A stretch of 63,954 nt of DNA, counting the filler, from Octopus bimaculoides (lineage: Eukaryota): assembly GCF_001194135.2 (NCBI RefSeq). It is 6 parts of 4 records of this genome, joined end to end, with 100 filler letters (N's around TTAATTAATTAA, not from the genome) between each part and the next. Parts side by side here need not be neighbours in the genome. Positions count along the whole stretch, not along the records: positions 1 to 23,481 come from NC_068991.1; positions 23,582 to 39,562 come from NC_068991.1; 4 more parts are not named here. One strand, written 5' to 3'. Numbering within the stretch: the first letter of the stretch is position 1; every line of letters starts with the position of its first letter. This document shows positions 14,345-27,076 of this stretch, piece by piece. Made by a program: the position numbers and the translations under genes. The notes beneath the pieces were generated by a model. It saw only the letters and a list, made by a program, of their open reading frames with translations. It searched no databases and was not told the DNA's origin.

Positions 14345-14700
14345 CAAGCCTCGAGCCGACCAAAACTTTGTGAGTGGATTTGGTAGACGGAAACTGGAAG
14401 AAGCCCGTCGTATATGTATATATATGTGTCCGTTTGTCCACCCAGCATCACTAGACAACTGATGCTGGTGTGTTTGCGTCCCCGTAACTTAGCGGTTCGG
14501 CAAAAGAGACCGATAGAATAAGTACTAGGCTTACAAAGAATAAGCACCGGGGTCGATTTGCTCTACTATAAACGCGGTGCTCCAGTATGGCCACAGTGAA
14601 AAGACTGAAACAAGTAAAAGAGTAAAAGAATACTGGGGTCGATTCATTCAACAAGAAATTCTTCAAGGCGGTGCCCCTGCATGGCCGCAGTCCAATGACT
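14345..14700 (+). mobile_element. SINE family B (headless) plus a duplicated 3' module
   Basis: Same body and tail as the 18030 copy. Confidence 0.82.
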
Positions 14701-14708
14701 GAAGATCA

Positions 14709-14862
14709 TTACGTTCTGAGTTCAAATTCCGCCGAGGTCGACTTTGCCTTTCAACCTTTCGGGGTCGATAAATTAAGTACCAGTTGCGTACTGGGGTTCG
14801 ATGTAATTGACTGGTCCCCTCCCCCAAAATTTCGGGCCTTGTGCCCGGAGTAGAAAAGAATA
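14709..14862 (+). mobile_element. SINE family A, 5'-truncated
   Basis: Begins at TTACGTTCTGAGTTCAAATTCC. Confidence 0.85.
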
Positions 14863-14934
14863 CCCCTGTCAACCGAGGTAAAAGAATAGCAAAAAGAAAG
14901 AAAAAATGTTCATTTACTGTGTGCGTGTGTGCGT

Positions 14935-14980
<46 letters not shown>

Positions 14981-15954
14981 ATCCGCGTTTGTGTAACTAT
15001 GATTTTGGTGGTGTTGGGAAAACTGTTGAAGAATTCAACTGAGAGAAAGCGAAAGAAGAAGAAAAAAAGATCAAAGAGAGTTCATTAAAATTCATTGAAG
15101 TTGATTAAAATCTGCTCCACAGTAACAACGAATTGATAAAGAAAATTCCACCAAATCTGAAAGAAAGAAATACGAAAAAAGAAAGAAAACAAAAAAAATC
15201 GCTTCCAGGTATTGTCAGAGTAAAATCCAATAATAATTGTTCGTAACTCGTCAGAAAAAAACTGTTATTTAGTGGGTACCGACCCTCACTTGTCGACTGG
15301 TACTCTATTTAATTGATTCCAAAACCACGAAAAGTACAGAGAACAGAATTCGAATTTAGATTGTAAATGTTGCTAGCAGGAACAAAGTATTTCATTTTGC
15401 AGCCATAATATACTACAAAGGTTTTCACAAGTCAATATTGTGCCTTACTTTTAGCAGTGCCACGTTCTCGTTTTTATGTTTACAGACTTTCAAACGAATT
15501 TAGTGCCAGCACCGAAAGTTGCGACTTTTCGTATACGAATACGTTGAGGTAAACAATATACACCCATTACCTAATGATGATGATGATGATAATGATTATT
15601 TCTAATTTAAGCAAAAATCCAACAATATTGAATTGAAGGGTTGTAGAAGACTCCTGTACTTGACTGTGACTTTATTTATCAACCCCAAAAGGATGAGAAG
15701 GTGAGTTGACTTTGACGGGATTTGAACACAATGACGAGCGTTCCATTTGTCCAACAAGCTGAACCATTTGAACAGAATTCCATATTTTTTGTTCATATTC
15801 ATTTTCCAAGTGAATGAGATGTCGTTGCAATTAGAAATTCAATACCAACAAAAGATATCGTATTCAGGATGAGGTTAGTTGTCTTTTACGGTCAATCCTT
15901 CTTCTTCTTCTTCTTCTTCTTCTTCTTCTTCTTCTTCTTCTACTGCTACTACTG

Positions 15955-16125
15955 ACAACCGGTGGTGGTTTGTTTGCCTCACCGTAACTTAACGGTTCGA
16001 CAAAAGAGAACGATGCAAATAGTACAAGGCGTTAACAAAAAATAAGTACTGAGGTCGATTAGTTCGGTTCAAAACCTACAAGTCGGTGCCCCAGCATGGC
16101 CGCGGTTCCATGGAGAATAAATAAA
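15955..16125 (+). mobile_element. SINE B 3' half
   Basis: CCGTAACTTAACGGTTCGACAAAAGAGA ... GGTGCCCCAGCATGGCCGC. Confidence 0.75.
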
Positions 16126-18029
16126 ACGATAAAGATAGGAGTCAAATATCGCATCGCATTTAAACAACATTCAACGTAAAATACCTTCAGACAGTGCAAT
16201 ACACACTATAAGCCGTACATTATAACAGATACAACACGGCATACATTAATGTACAGCACCCAAATACACACACACACACACACACATTCAATTCAACGCA
16301 AAACATCCACACAGTAGAGAGCAACTAAGTGCGATAAGATCTTATAGACCGACATACGAAGACGTTGCTAAAATGAAGAGGAAAAAATAAACAAACCGTG
16401 GATCTATTATTTTCAGATCTGCCATAATTGTTTCAGTGAAAAAATGAAAATGAAATAAAAAGAAAAATGAGAAAATTCTAAACAATTAAAGAAGAGAAAC
16501 GAGAAAAGAAAAATAATTTAATAACGAAAAAAACAAAACAAAAAAAAAAAACAGACGGTAAAGAACTTTATAAAAGCAGATGATGAAGAACTAAAGAAAT
16601 GATTGAAACAAACGTTTATGGAAGAAAAAAAAGCAAATGGCTGAGGCAGACATTAATGTTAATACAGGTTATTAGTGAATAAATGACATGATATCGTAAA
16701 ATTTATTGTCTACACACCCTAACTAGTTTTCTGTTTTATTTTAACATATTTGGCATATATACATATTAGTTATTTATTCGCTGGATTTATTTGTTTGCAG
16801 TCGCTGTTCTGGTTTTTAAGCTAACATGCATAAATACTTATATAAACATATGCAAAAGATACTGCTGTGTGCAAGTGTGTGTGTGGATGTTTGTATGTAT
16901 TATCTAAACAGACAATAGGTGAGAGTTAGATATGCTCTCAGTACAGAAAATACGTAGTAATGCTTAAATGAATTTGAGCTTAAACTTCCAATTCTTTGTC
17001 CAGTACTAGGTCCACGGCATTAACAAGTGTGGATATAAGAAACATCCAGACCTGACATACATACATTTTATAGAAACCAATTGATATGTGTGTTCAAAAG
17101 GACAATGGAAGGTCAGACTGATATACCAAATACGCCTTGGACAACAAAATATGAAACGTTGCATCGATCATGGCTGTTCTTTCTACTTTTTAGTCTCCAG
17201 TGTGCAAAAATTTATGATGTACAATTTCAGTTTTCTTATGATAAACGTATGTGTGCATAGTATGCATAATTATCATTATAATAATAATTAATTAATTATT
17301 ACTTTAAGTAAATACACTTTTGTGAGCATATTAATTACGTTTGTACACTGGTTCGCAAACATGTGTAGGCGCACACAGCTCTGAAGGAATAGTGCTGGGA
17401 GGTCTATAATCGTAGGACTGCTTGATCAAAGTTTGACCTGGGGATAAAAACCCGCCGCCAACACCACCACCTCTACACTCACGACCATCATCACCGTCAC
17501 CCCCACAAGCAAAAGCACTAACAGCAGTATCACCACCACCACCACTATGCCATCACTATCGCTAGCAACACTGCTACCACCAGTGCCACCCTCACCCTCA
17601 CCACCACCACTAGCACCACCAACACCACCATCACGATCAGCACCACCAACAACAATTTATGACAACCTTCAATCGTAACCCTGAATAAGATTCCAAATTG
17701 GCAAAACTCTTTTTTTAAAGGCCTCCTTGGTTTCCACTTCAGAACGCAAAAGAAATAGATGTGGGGTGGGGGTAGGAATAAATAAAGGGCTTTTTTTTTT
17801 CTTCTTAAACAGCTGTTAATATTCCATGTGCCACTTCACAGAATCCTCAAAATGTGCGCTCGAACACAAATAAAAGCACTCAGAATTTTCTAGATTACAT
17901 CAAATGAACTGCTTTGCGTATCTTAATTAAGTCTCACCACATCAACACTACAGAACTCATCATCTCCCCTACTTTATCTTGTAGGTGATATAAACGATTT
18001 CTGCTCATTTAAAAAAGAAAAAAAGGGAG

Positions 18030-18211
18030 TTAGGTGAAGGCATGGCTGTGTGGTAAGAAGCTCGCATCCAAACCCCATGGTTCCAAGTTCAGAACCACTG
18101 CATGATACCTTGGTCGACTGTTTTCCACCATAACCTTGGGTTGACCAAAGACTTTTGGTACGGAAACTGAAAGAAGCCCTTTCTATGTATGTATGTATGC
18201 ATGCATGCATT

Positions 18212-18245
<34 letters not shown>

Positions 18246-18478
18246 TGTATCTATCTGTGTGTTTGTGTCTTTGTGTCTGTGTTTGGGTTTGTATTTGTCT
18301 CCCATCACCACTCGATTGACAGCCGGTGTTGGTGTGTTTACGTCCCCGTAATCTAGCAGTTCGGCAAAAGATACCAGTAAAATAAGTACTAGGCTTTAAA
18401 AAAAAAAAGAGTGCATCGGTTCACTTTATTCGACTAAAACTTCTTCAAGGCAAATGACTAAAACAAGTAAAAGAAAAT
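18030..18478 (+). mobile_element. SINE family B, near full length, with internal (TATG)n
   Basis: Head GGCATGGCTGTGTGGTAAGAAGCT..GTTCAG; body GGTGTGTTTACGTCCCCGTAA..GTTCGGCAAAAG; tail GACTAAAACAAGTAAAAGA. Confidence 0.8.
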
Positions 18479-18759
18479 CAGTTAAGAGATTGCTGTTTTC
18501 TGCCTCCCTCTCGTGCCGCTCAAATTAAGTACTTGGACGCCCGGTGGTGGTGGTCCACAGGCAAGGCATGCACCCTCTATTTGAACACGGTTTGTCTATT
18601 TTCACATATTTATACCTCCACATGCACATGGATGTAAGCTACTCGCACATGCGTTTACCGAACGCAAATGTATACCTATGTATGTGGCTGTATGTGTGAA
18701 AGTCTGTGTTTGTGCGTGTGTGTGTGTGAAAGAGAGAGAGAAAGAGAGAGAGATAGAGG

Positions 18760-18819
<60 letters not shown>

Positions 18820-18969
18820 GAGTATGTGTGTTCTATGAATGCAATGAAATTTGTATAAGGGAGATGCGCAAGTATATAGGTATCCAACAGACACACCCGA
18901 ATACCAACTGACATGCTTACCTTTCACTGTACGAAACTCTCCCCTTGAATCACTCTGTAACTTTTGCTG

Positions 18970-19025
<56 letters not shown>

Positions 19026-19026
<1 letters not shown>

Positions 19027-19205
19027 TCTTTCTACTGGAAGCACAAGGCCTCACATTTGGGGGAAGGGATTAAGTCGATTTACATCGACCTCAGTGCGTA
19101 ACTGGTACTAATTTTATCGATCCCGATAATAAAGTATCTTGCTCAAGCACACAACACACAGCCCGGTCCGGGAATCGAACTCACAATCTCACGATTGTAA
19201 GCCTT
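19026..19205 (-). mobile_element. SINE A 3' fragment followed by a SINE D head fragment
   Basis: Partial matches to both families. Confidence 0.65.
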
Positions 19206-19250
19206 AGACTGCTGTAAACGTCCCCCGAAGATTATTTCGAGTAGACAACT

Positions 19251-19457
19251 AATGCTAAAATGCATCGAAATGGTATTATCGGTTGATGAAATTCCGTCAG
19301 TAGATCGGCGGATTTGTTTCCTGTCTGGCATTCAGCTTGGCTAGCTGCCGCTGATGATCCGCGATACAGTGAAATCACGTGATGTGGTAGTGCCATTCGC
19401 CTCTGCACTGATGGAATTTCGTCAACTGATAACAGAATTTCGATGCTTTTTAGCATT
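19251..19457. repeat. Inverted repeat, 51-bp arms
   Basis: 19251-19301 versus 19407-19457. Confidence 0.85.
19345..19390 (+). ncRNA. Hammerhead-like motif with non-cleavable G17, in the loop of an inverted repeat
   Basis: CTGCCG CTGATGA TCCGCGATACAGT GAAA TCACGTGA T G TGGTAG; stem III palindrome ATCACGTGAT. Confidence 0.5.
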
Positions 19458-21047
19458 TCGCATCTACATGAAATGATTCTTCGGGACCTTTACAGAAGCC
19501 TACGGCGTTATAAGTAACACATCCAAGTTAGGCTGGATGACTTGACTTTCTTTACAAAAGCTGCTCCTGTCGTTAATGTACATATGTGTGTATGTGTGTG
19601 TGTGTGTGTGTGCGTGCGCGTGAGAGTGTGTGCGTGCATGTGTGTGTGTGTTTGTGTGCGTATGCATACAAGCGGGCTTGTGTTTAAATTTATATAGCAG
19701 GAATTTATGAAAATTAGTCTAAATGGATATTTCAAATAAGAAATCACCGCTTCCGCCGTCGCCGCCACCATGACTACCACCACCACCACAGCCTCTCCTT
19801 AGTCGCTGGGGGACCAAGTGACATCAAGTGCTACTCCACGAGACTTGTATGAAGTTTATAGTTTGTTAGGTGAGACTCTCAATGAAAACCGCTGTGAACT
19901 TAACTTCATGTTTATATAACAGAATACCGCAAAATCCTCTTCTTGTACGTGGCATTCGTTTTGTTGTTGATGTTGTTCTTGTTGTCAAATGCCATGTTGT
20001 TCCTCCTTGAACGCACCCATCATCCTAAGCATTTTAAACGCATCCTTCCCTCTTCTCTATTATGTATTCAGGTATCAAGTATCAAGCCTACGTGACCCTT
20101 AAAGGTTTTAAGACGGTGTGGAGTGGGGAGGGGTGATGCTTTAAAGAAGATTTCGCTGCTTCTTCTAGCAAGTCCTGAGACCATGTATAAGTCCCCTTGT
20201 TGGCTCACACGAATAAATGTGGGTCTTTTCATCAGGGATTGGCAAAACTGGACTTTCTGCTATTACAGTTCCATTTGTATTTTACTTGTTTCTATCATTG
20301 GACTCTGGCCAGACTTGGACAACGTCTTGAATGGTTTGGTCGAACAAACCGACGCCAATTCCTACTTTTAAGCCACACTATTTCCATCTTCCCGATTCAG
20401 TCACATGTCCTCTATATGTTAGTGATTGCTATGACCGTTAAATGTAAAGTCCCCAGTGTGATCCGTATGAAAGGTGTTACGGTAGAGATTGGATTATTCG
20501 GTTCACTGTCATTAGATTCGACATCCCACATCTCACGTGTTCCCATATATCCGGCTTACTTTCCATTCACAGTCGTACGACCAATTAGAAATAGCAGCAT
20601 AATAGTATATGTGTACGTGCGTGTATGTATGGGCATGTGTGTGTGCGTGTATGTGTGTGTTTGTGTGTATAAATAACAAAAGAAAACAAGTGTGAAAGGG
20701 AAAAGAAAATTTAATATTTCTGCATGGTTACAACTGTTTCTTGATTTACTCTGCGTTACATCGTTAACTTCGATGCGTTGCTACATATACAATATGCATT
20801 CGGCAAACACACTCTATCTACAGCTAGGTATATATATGCGCACACAACATTATACGATGCTAGGTTTATTTATTCTCTTTTGTTTATTTATTCTCCACGC
20901 TGGGAATATTAGTTTATCCTGGATTTTCAGTTGCATAGTCATATTAAACTACATCGTAATTTAATTGCTGTGTAAAAGCCAGTCCCTCAGCTGCAATGCT
21001 TTCCCTGAGTTCCACTTGATTCTCCGAATACAACTTTCTACTTCACA

Positions 21048-21105
<58 letters not shown>

Positions 21106-22699
21106 NNNNNNNNNNNNNNNNNNNNNNNNNNNNNNNNNNNNNNNNNNNNNNNNNNNNNNNNNNNNNNNNNNNNNNNNNNNNNNNNNNNNNNNNNNNNNNN
21201 NNNNNNNNNNNNNNNNNNNNNNNNNNNNNNNNNNNNNNNNNNNNNNNNNNNNNNNNNNNNNNNNNNNNNNNNNNNNNNNNNNNNNNNNNNNNNNNNNNNN
21301 NNNNNNNNNNNNNNNNNNNNNNNNNNNNNNNNNNNNNNNNNNNNNNNNNNNNNNNNNNNNNNNNNNNNNNNNNNNNNNNNNNNNNNNNNNNNNNNNNNNN
21401 NNNNNNNNNATATATATAACACGTTTTATTCTGCAGATTTCGCAAAACATCGAACAAAATACTATCCATATTTATTCCTACGACTAAGACCAAAAAAGTT
21501 TACCACCATTAAAGAACTGTTGGAACCATCATCGAAAGAATCTGATGTCGGCTGTCAGATTAACTTCTAAAAGACAGTATCGTCTCTGACGCGATTAGAA
21601 ACCTTTAACTGTCTAAATAATTTCGCTCATCCAGCATTTCTTTTCACTGGCTTTCACGATTTGCTGAATTGCCATTTTCCTCGGAGTACACAAATTCCTC
21701 CAAATCTGACACTTATACCGTAGAATGCAATCCGTGAACCCACATTTTAACGCCTCTACACAAGTGGTAATTAAAAAATCCCACGAAATGGACTTGTTCT
21801 TTGAAGCCTTTGAAAAGGAGGTTTTAACTCGAAATATAAGGTCTAATTAAATATTTCTAAGCTTTTATCTCATGTGATCTTTGTTACCATTATTTTTTTA
21901 ATAGCTGATGTTCTATCTACATTGCTATCGGCTTCTATAAAACACTGATTTTATATTTCAGATTACGCTTAAATCTAAGAAAAATATTTTAAACAAAAGA
22001 AGCGAAATACTGAAGATGGGTTCCATCGGATGTTTAGATACCAGTATCAACGAAATCATCATGTATTTATGAAGAAATAACTTATACGTACATCCATATC
22101 AACATGAATCGTCACGCATGCGTACATTCACACACAAACGCATTGTGCACACAAACATCCGATGTATATACGTGCGAGTACAAATACATGCGTATGTGTG
22201 TATATGTGCGTGCTTGCATTTGTGCGTTCAAACACGTGTTCAGGATAATTCTCATTGTCTCTCATCTTTCATTTTTGTTCATCAGTATTTACCCATCACG
22301 GTTGTCTTCTTCGTCAACAGTACCACCACCACCACCACCACCACCACCACCATCATCACCATCATCACCATCATCACCATCATCATCACCATCATCATCA
22401 TCATGAATTTTTTTTTATCAGATATGCATTGTTCGTTTTTTCAATTACTTCTAAGTCCTGGCCCCACACTTCCTTATCAGTGCTTAGCAATCTTCTTGCC
22501 TGCACCCTCGTTCTTCGTGTTAACATCCTCATATATTCCAACTATAAATAATAGCCTTTGTTGTCTTTTGCTACTACTACTACTACTACTGCTGCTGCTG
22601 CTGTTGTCGGTAACTTTTATTATTATCACTGTTATTTTTATAAGAAAAGATCATATAAGTCGAATAACCTCCACCCTTCATGGCCTTTTTCCAGCAGAA

Positions 22700-22902
22700 G
22701 CATCGGACAAAGTTGCAGAATGGCATTTCGCCCGGCTCTTTACGTTCTGAGTTCAAATATCGCCGAGGTCGACTTTACTATTCATCCTTTCGGGGTCAAT
22801 AAATTAAGTACCAGTCAAGAATTAGCGGTCTATGAAATGGACTTGCCCCTCTCCTCAAAAATTGCTGGCCCTGTGCCAAAATTTGAAACTATTATTATAA
22901 TA

Positions 22903-22955
<53 letters not shown>

Positions 22956-23203
22956 CATCATCATTATTATTATTATTGTTGTTGTTGTTGTTAAGGCGGG
23001 GAGCTGGCAGAATCGTTAGCACGCCGGTCAAAATGTTTAGTGGCATTTCGTCTACCGCTACGTTCTGAGTTCAAATTCTGCCAGGGTCCACTTTGCCTTT
23101 CATCCCTTCGGGGATCAATAAATTAAGTACCAGTGAAATACTGGGGTCGATGTGATCGACTAGTCCCCTCTCTCAAAATTTCAATCTTTGTGCCTTTAGT
23201 AGA
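22700..23203 (+). mobile_element. Two SINE A copies separated by (ATT)n (22700-22890, 22992-23203)
   Basis: Both carry the B box and central domain. Confidence 0.85.
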
Positions 23204-23316
23204 AAGAATTATTATTGCTGTTGTTGTTGTTGTCGTCATTTAAGAGATGAGGAATTATTTACATTATTTACATTATTTACATTTGACGGATATTTGTCCT
23301 CTTCTTGTTTGTTGTT

Positions 23317-23362
23317 AACACAACGTTTCGGCTGATATACCCTCCAGCCTTCATCAGGTGTT
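23317..23362 (-). ncRNA. Minimal type I hammerhead motif with an extra A after A9
   Basis: Minus strand AACAC CTGATGA A GGCTG GAGGGTATAT CAGCC GAAA CG T T GTGTT; stem III palindrome AACGTT. Confidence 0.7.
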
Positions 23363-23364
23363 TT

Positions 23365-23435
23365 GGGGATATGGCGTAGTGGTTAAGAACGCGGGTTACT
23401 AACACCAAGATTACAAGTTCGATTCCAGGCAGTGA

Positions 23436-23481
<46 letters not shown>
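23365..23481 (+). mobile_element. About 75-nt tRNA-only SINE with (AAT)n tail
   Basis: TGGCGTAGTGG (A box), GTTCGATTCC (B box), GTGACCTG then (AAT)n; a second copy lies at 4372-4479. Confidence 0.75.
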
Positions 23482-23581
23482 NNNNNNNNNNNNNNNNNNN
23501 NNNNNNNNNNNNNNNNNNNNNNNNNTTAATTAATTAANNNNNNNNNNNNNNNNNNNNNNNNNNNNNNNNNNNNNNNNNNNN
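23482..23581. other. Artificial scaffolding spacer: 44 N + TTAATTAATTAA + 44 N
   Basis: The same 12-mer inside N runs recurs at 39607, 53426, 60351 and 62614. Confidence 0.9.
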
Positions 23582-24100
<519 letters not shown>

Positions 24101-25136
24101 TTGATGCGTGATTCTTTGATTTCCTGACACGCAGATTGATTGAAGTTTCCGAAGCTTGACTGACTAGCAATAAGAGAGCCGCCTGTACTGTAAGCTCATT
24201 GACCAATTGCCCTCACTCGGACAAGTTCCCCAGCTGGCAGAGACTGGAGAAAAATGTCAAAAAAACATAAAATAAGTACTAATATAGAGAAAATATGAAA
24301 TTAAAAACAATGCTAAAACTTTATTCAACAAATGAATTGACGTTGTGTGGAACCAATGGATACCATGATAATTTTGTGTAGTCTTTCTACTTACATTAAC
24401 AGTTTTGGCTTTTGGCTTTTGTTTTTATATTTTCCTTATTTACGCAAGCCTCTGTCTTTTTTGTCCCTGGCTATTTATCTTACTGTACACACACACAATC
24501 ATTCACACTTATATATATATATATNNNNNNNNNNNNNNNNNNNNNNNNNNNNNNNNNNNNNNNNNNNNNNNNNNNNNNNNNNNNNNNNNNNNNNNNNNNN
24601 NNNNNNNNNNNNNNNNNNNNNNNNNNNNNNNNNNNNNNNNNNNNNNNNNNNNNNNNNNNNNNNNNNNNNNNNNNNNNNNNNNNNNNNNNNNNNNNNNNNN
24701 NNNNNNNNNNNNNNNNNNNNNNNNNNNNNNNNNNNNNNTATATATATATATATATTTATATATATACATACATACATACGTACACACACGCACGCACGCA
24801 CACACACACCAGTCATATATATTTAGACACGTATACTTATGTGTCCTTTTTCTTTCGCTGGCTTTCGCCAGAGGTTGGAGCCATACTCGAGCACCGCCTT
24901 TCAGTGAATCAAACTCGCGACCCTACGATCGCGTGCCCAATACCCTAACCACTAAGCCATGCGCCTGCACTACATACATACACACATGCATACATACATA
25001 CATACATACATACATGCTTACATACATACAAACGTACATACATACATACATACATACATACATACATACATACTTACATACATACAAACGTACATACATA
25101 CATACATACATACATACATACATACATACATACATA

Positions 25137-25462
25137 GGAGCACTTCGTCGGTTACGACGACGAGGGTCCCAGCTGATACGATCGACGGAACAGCTCGCTC
25201 GTGAAATTAACGTGCAAGTGGCTGAGAATTCCACCAACAGGTGTACCCTTAACGTAGTTCTCAGGGAGATTCAGCGTGACGCAGAATGTGACAAAACCGG
25301 CCCTTTTGAAATACAGGTACAACTCATTTTTGCCAGCTGAGGGGACTGGAGCAACGTGAAATAAAGCGTCTTGCTCAAGGACACAAGGCGTCGCCGGGAC
25401 TTGAACTCACGACCTTACGATCGTGAGACGAATGCCCTAACCACTAGGCCACGCGCCTTCAC
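25137..25462 (-). mobile_element. SINE family D, full length, inside (CATA)n
   Basis: Minus-strand head GTGAAGGCGCGTGGCCTAGTGGTTAGGGCATTCG..GAGTTCAAGTCCC (A and B boxes), then CCTTGAGCAAGACGCTTTATTTCACGTTGCTCCAGTCC. Confidence 0.88.
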
Positions 25463-26500
25463 ACATACATACATACATACATACATACATACATACATAC
25501 ATACATGCATACTTACATAAATGCATACGCACATATACATTCCAATGAGCAGTGTAATCTAGTACAAGCGTAACAGACCATATATAGCTGTATAAGACAA
25601 AAGTCGTTGCACAGTCGTAGAAATTACCAGCTTGGCGAATGCAAATGCCTCAGAGAAAGAAAAACATGTATGGAGAATCTAATGAGAAACTTACAGCTCT
25701 TATATCCTGGTTATAGATTTTCATGTGTTCCTATTATCATCACTTGTTGCATTTGAACAAACCAATCCGTATTAAAAAAAAAAACAACAACTAGAAATGC
25801 TAGTAGTTCCCATGAAAGAACAGAGCAAATAATCAAGCGCCTCTCCAGAGACACTTCATTAGAAGGATAGTGAAAATCTATTGAACATTTGCGGGATCTT
25901 CCATTTCAGGTTTTGGAACGAACATGTGCACAGAATTAAATACGTATGTATGTATGTATGTATGTATGTATGTATGTATGTAGGTATGTATGTATTCTAG
26001 AAGTTGTGTTTCCTTCTTCTGATTCTTCTCTTTCGCTTTCTATTCGTTTTCCTCCCCTTCCTTCCCTTTCTCCCTCCTATCATTATACGTATCCACCCTC
26101 TTGATCCCCCCCCCCAACACCACCACATCATTTCTTCCACACTGATCCATCCCTCATACACACTTCTAATTTTTTCCTTTTTTATTTCTTCCTGATTCTT
26201 TCATAAACAACAATATCTGATAGATGCACAATGTAATAGCATGTCTTTGAGGCCAGTCTGAGGAAGTGCCTCTCCGATGCCTAAAGCCGCATATATTACG
26301 TAATTTTTCCTTTAGAATTTTCGCGTAACTTATAATTAAAGATGTGTTAAAGTATTTTCTTTGTCTCCGTAACATCTCCATTTGCAACGCCAGTTTACGC
26401 GAATGCTACTTTGCAGCCTTGAAGCTAAAAAGCCCTTAGAGCCGGAAGGAAGCACATTTTTATACACCGATAGGGGAGGTAAGTGCCCCGCAGCAAGCGC

Positions 26501-26552
26501 AATCACTATACTATAGTTTCGTTTGAAAATTACAAACTCATCAGTAGTGACT
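26501..26552 (-). ncRNA. Canonical minimal type I hammerhead ribozyme motif
   Basis: Minus strand AGTCACTA CTGATGA GTTTG TAATTTT CAAAC GAAA CTATAG T A TAGTGATT. Stem I 8 bp (one G-U), stem II 5 bp with G10.1-C11.1, palindromic stem III ACTATAGT, GUA triplet. Confidence 0.85.
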
Positions 26553-26629
26553 CTTCCATCGCTGGGAGTATGTAGGAATATGTGTACGATATACCTCCAC
26601 ACAGTTTCCTTATATAAAATTTCCTAACA

Positions 26630-26755
26630 AGGTATCGGTCGGCCCGGGACTATAGTATTAGACACTTGTCCAAGGTGCCGCACAGTTGGACTGAACCGGA
26701 AACCACGTAGTTGCAAATCAACTTTCTTAACAACACAGCCGTGGTTACGCCTATA
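26630..26755 (-). mobile_element. SINE B head fragment
   Basis: GACACTTGTCCAAGGTGCCGCACAGTTGGACTGAACC. Confidence 0.7.
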
Positions 26756-27076
26756 GATAGCAAACATCGTCCAGGTGACATATTTTCTATTATAATGCGC
26801 TATGTTGAATTAGAGCATCATATTGCATTAGCTCCCCCACCAAAGTTGGCGAGCTGGCAAAGACGTTAACGTATCGAATACACTGCGTAACGTTATCTGT
26901 TGCAGCGTTCAGAGTTCAAATCCCGCCGAGGTCTAAGTAGACTGTCATTCTTTTGATCAATGAATACCGTCCTTGTTTCTCCTTCCAGTTGTAACATTTC
27001 GGATGTTCCACTGCGATCAATGATAGGAAGGTCATACCGGTGCCTGTGTTTACTCGCAACTACATTGGCATATATA

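Noticed and set aside
14160-14462. 100-aa ORF of normal composition
   Set aside because: No recognisable motif, and its 3' third is SINE sequence.
17107-17196. Short ATG-initiated frame MEGQTDIPNTPWTTKYETFASIMAVLSTF
   Set aside because: 29 codons with no homology or splice support; expected by chance.
17455-17660. Degenerate (CAC/ACC)n block resembling a His/Thr/Pro-rich exon (mirror-type GTG blocks at 500-700 and 1960-2100)
   Set aside because: Decayed trinucleotide repeat with no splice or homology evidence.
23526-23537. TTAATTAATTAA islands inside N runs (also 39607, 53426, 60351, 62614)
   Set aside because: An identical palindromic all-frame-stop 12-mer centred in a 100-bp spacer is a scaffolding linker, not biology.
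25385-25462. tRNA-like sequences (also 4401-4479, 23365-23440, 31178-31250)
   Set aside because: They are SINE heads: they continue into SINE bodies or (AAT)n tails, and I could not fold a full cloverleaf.
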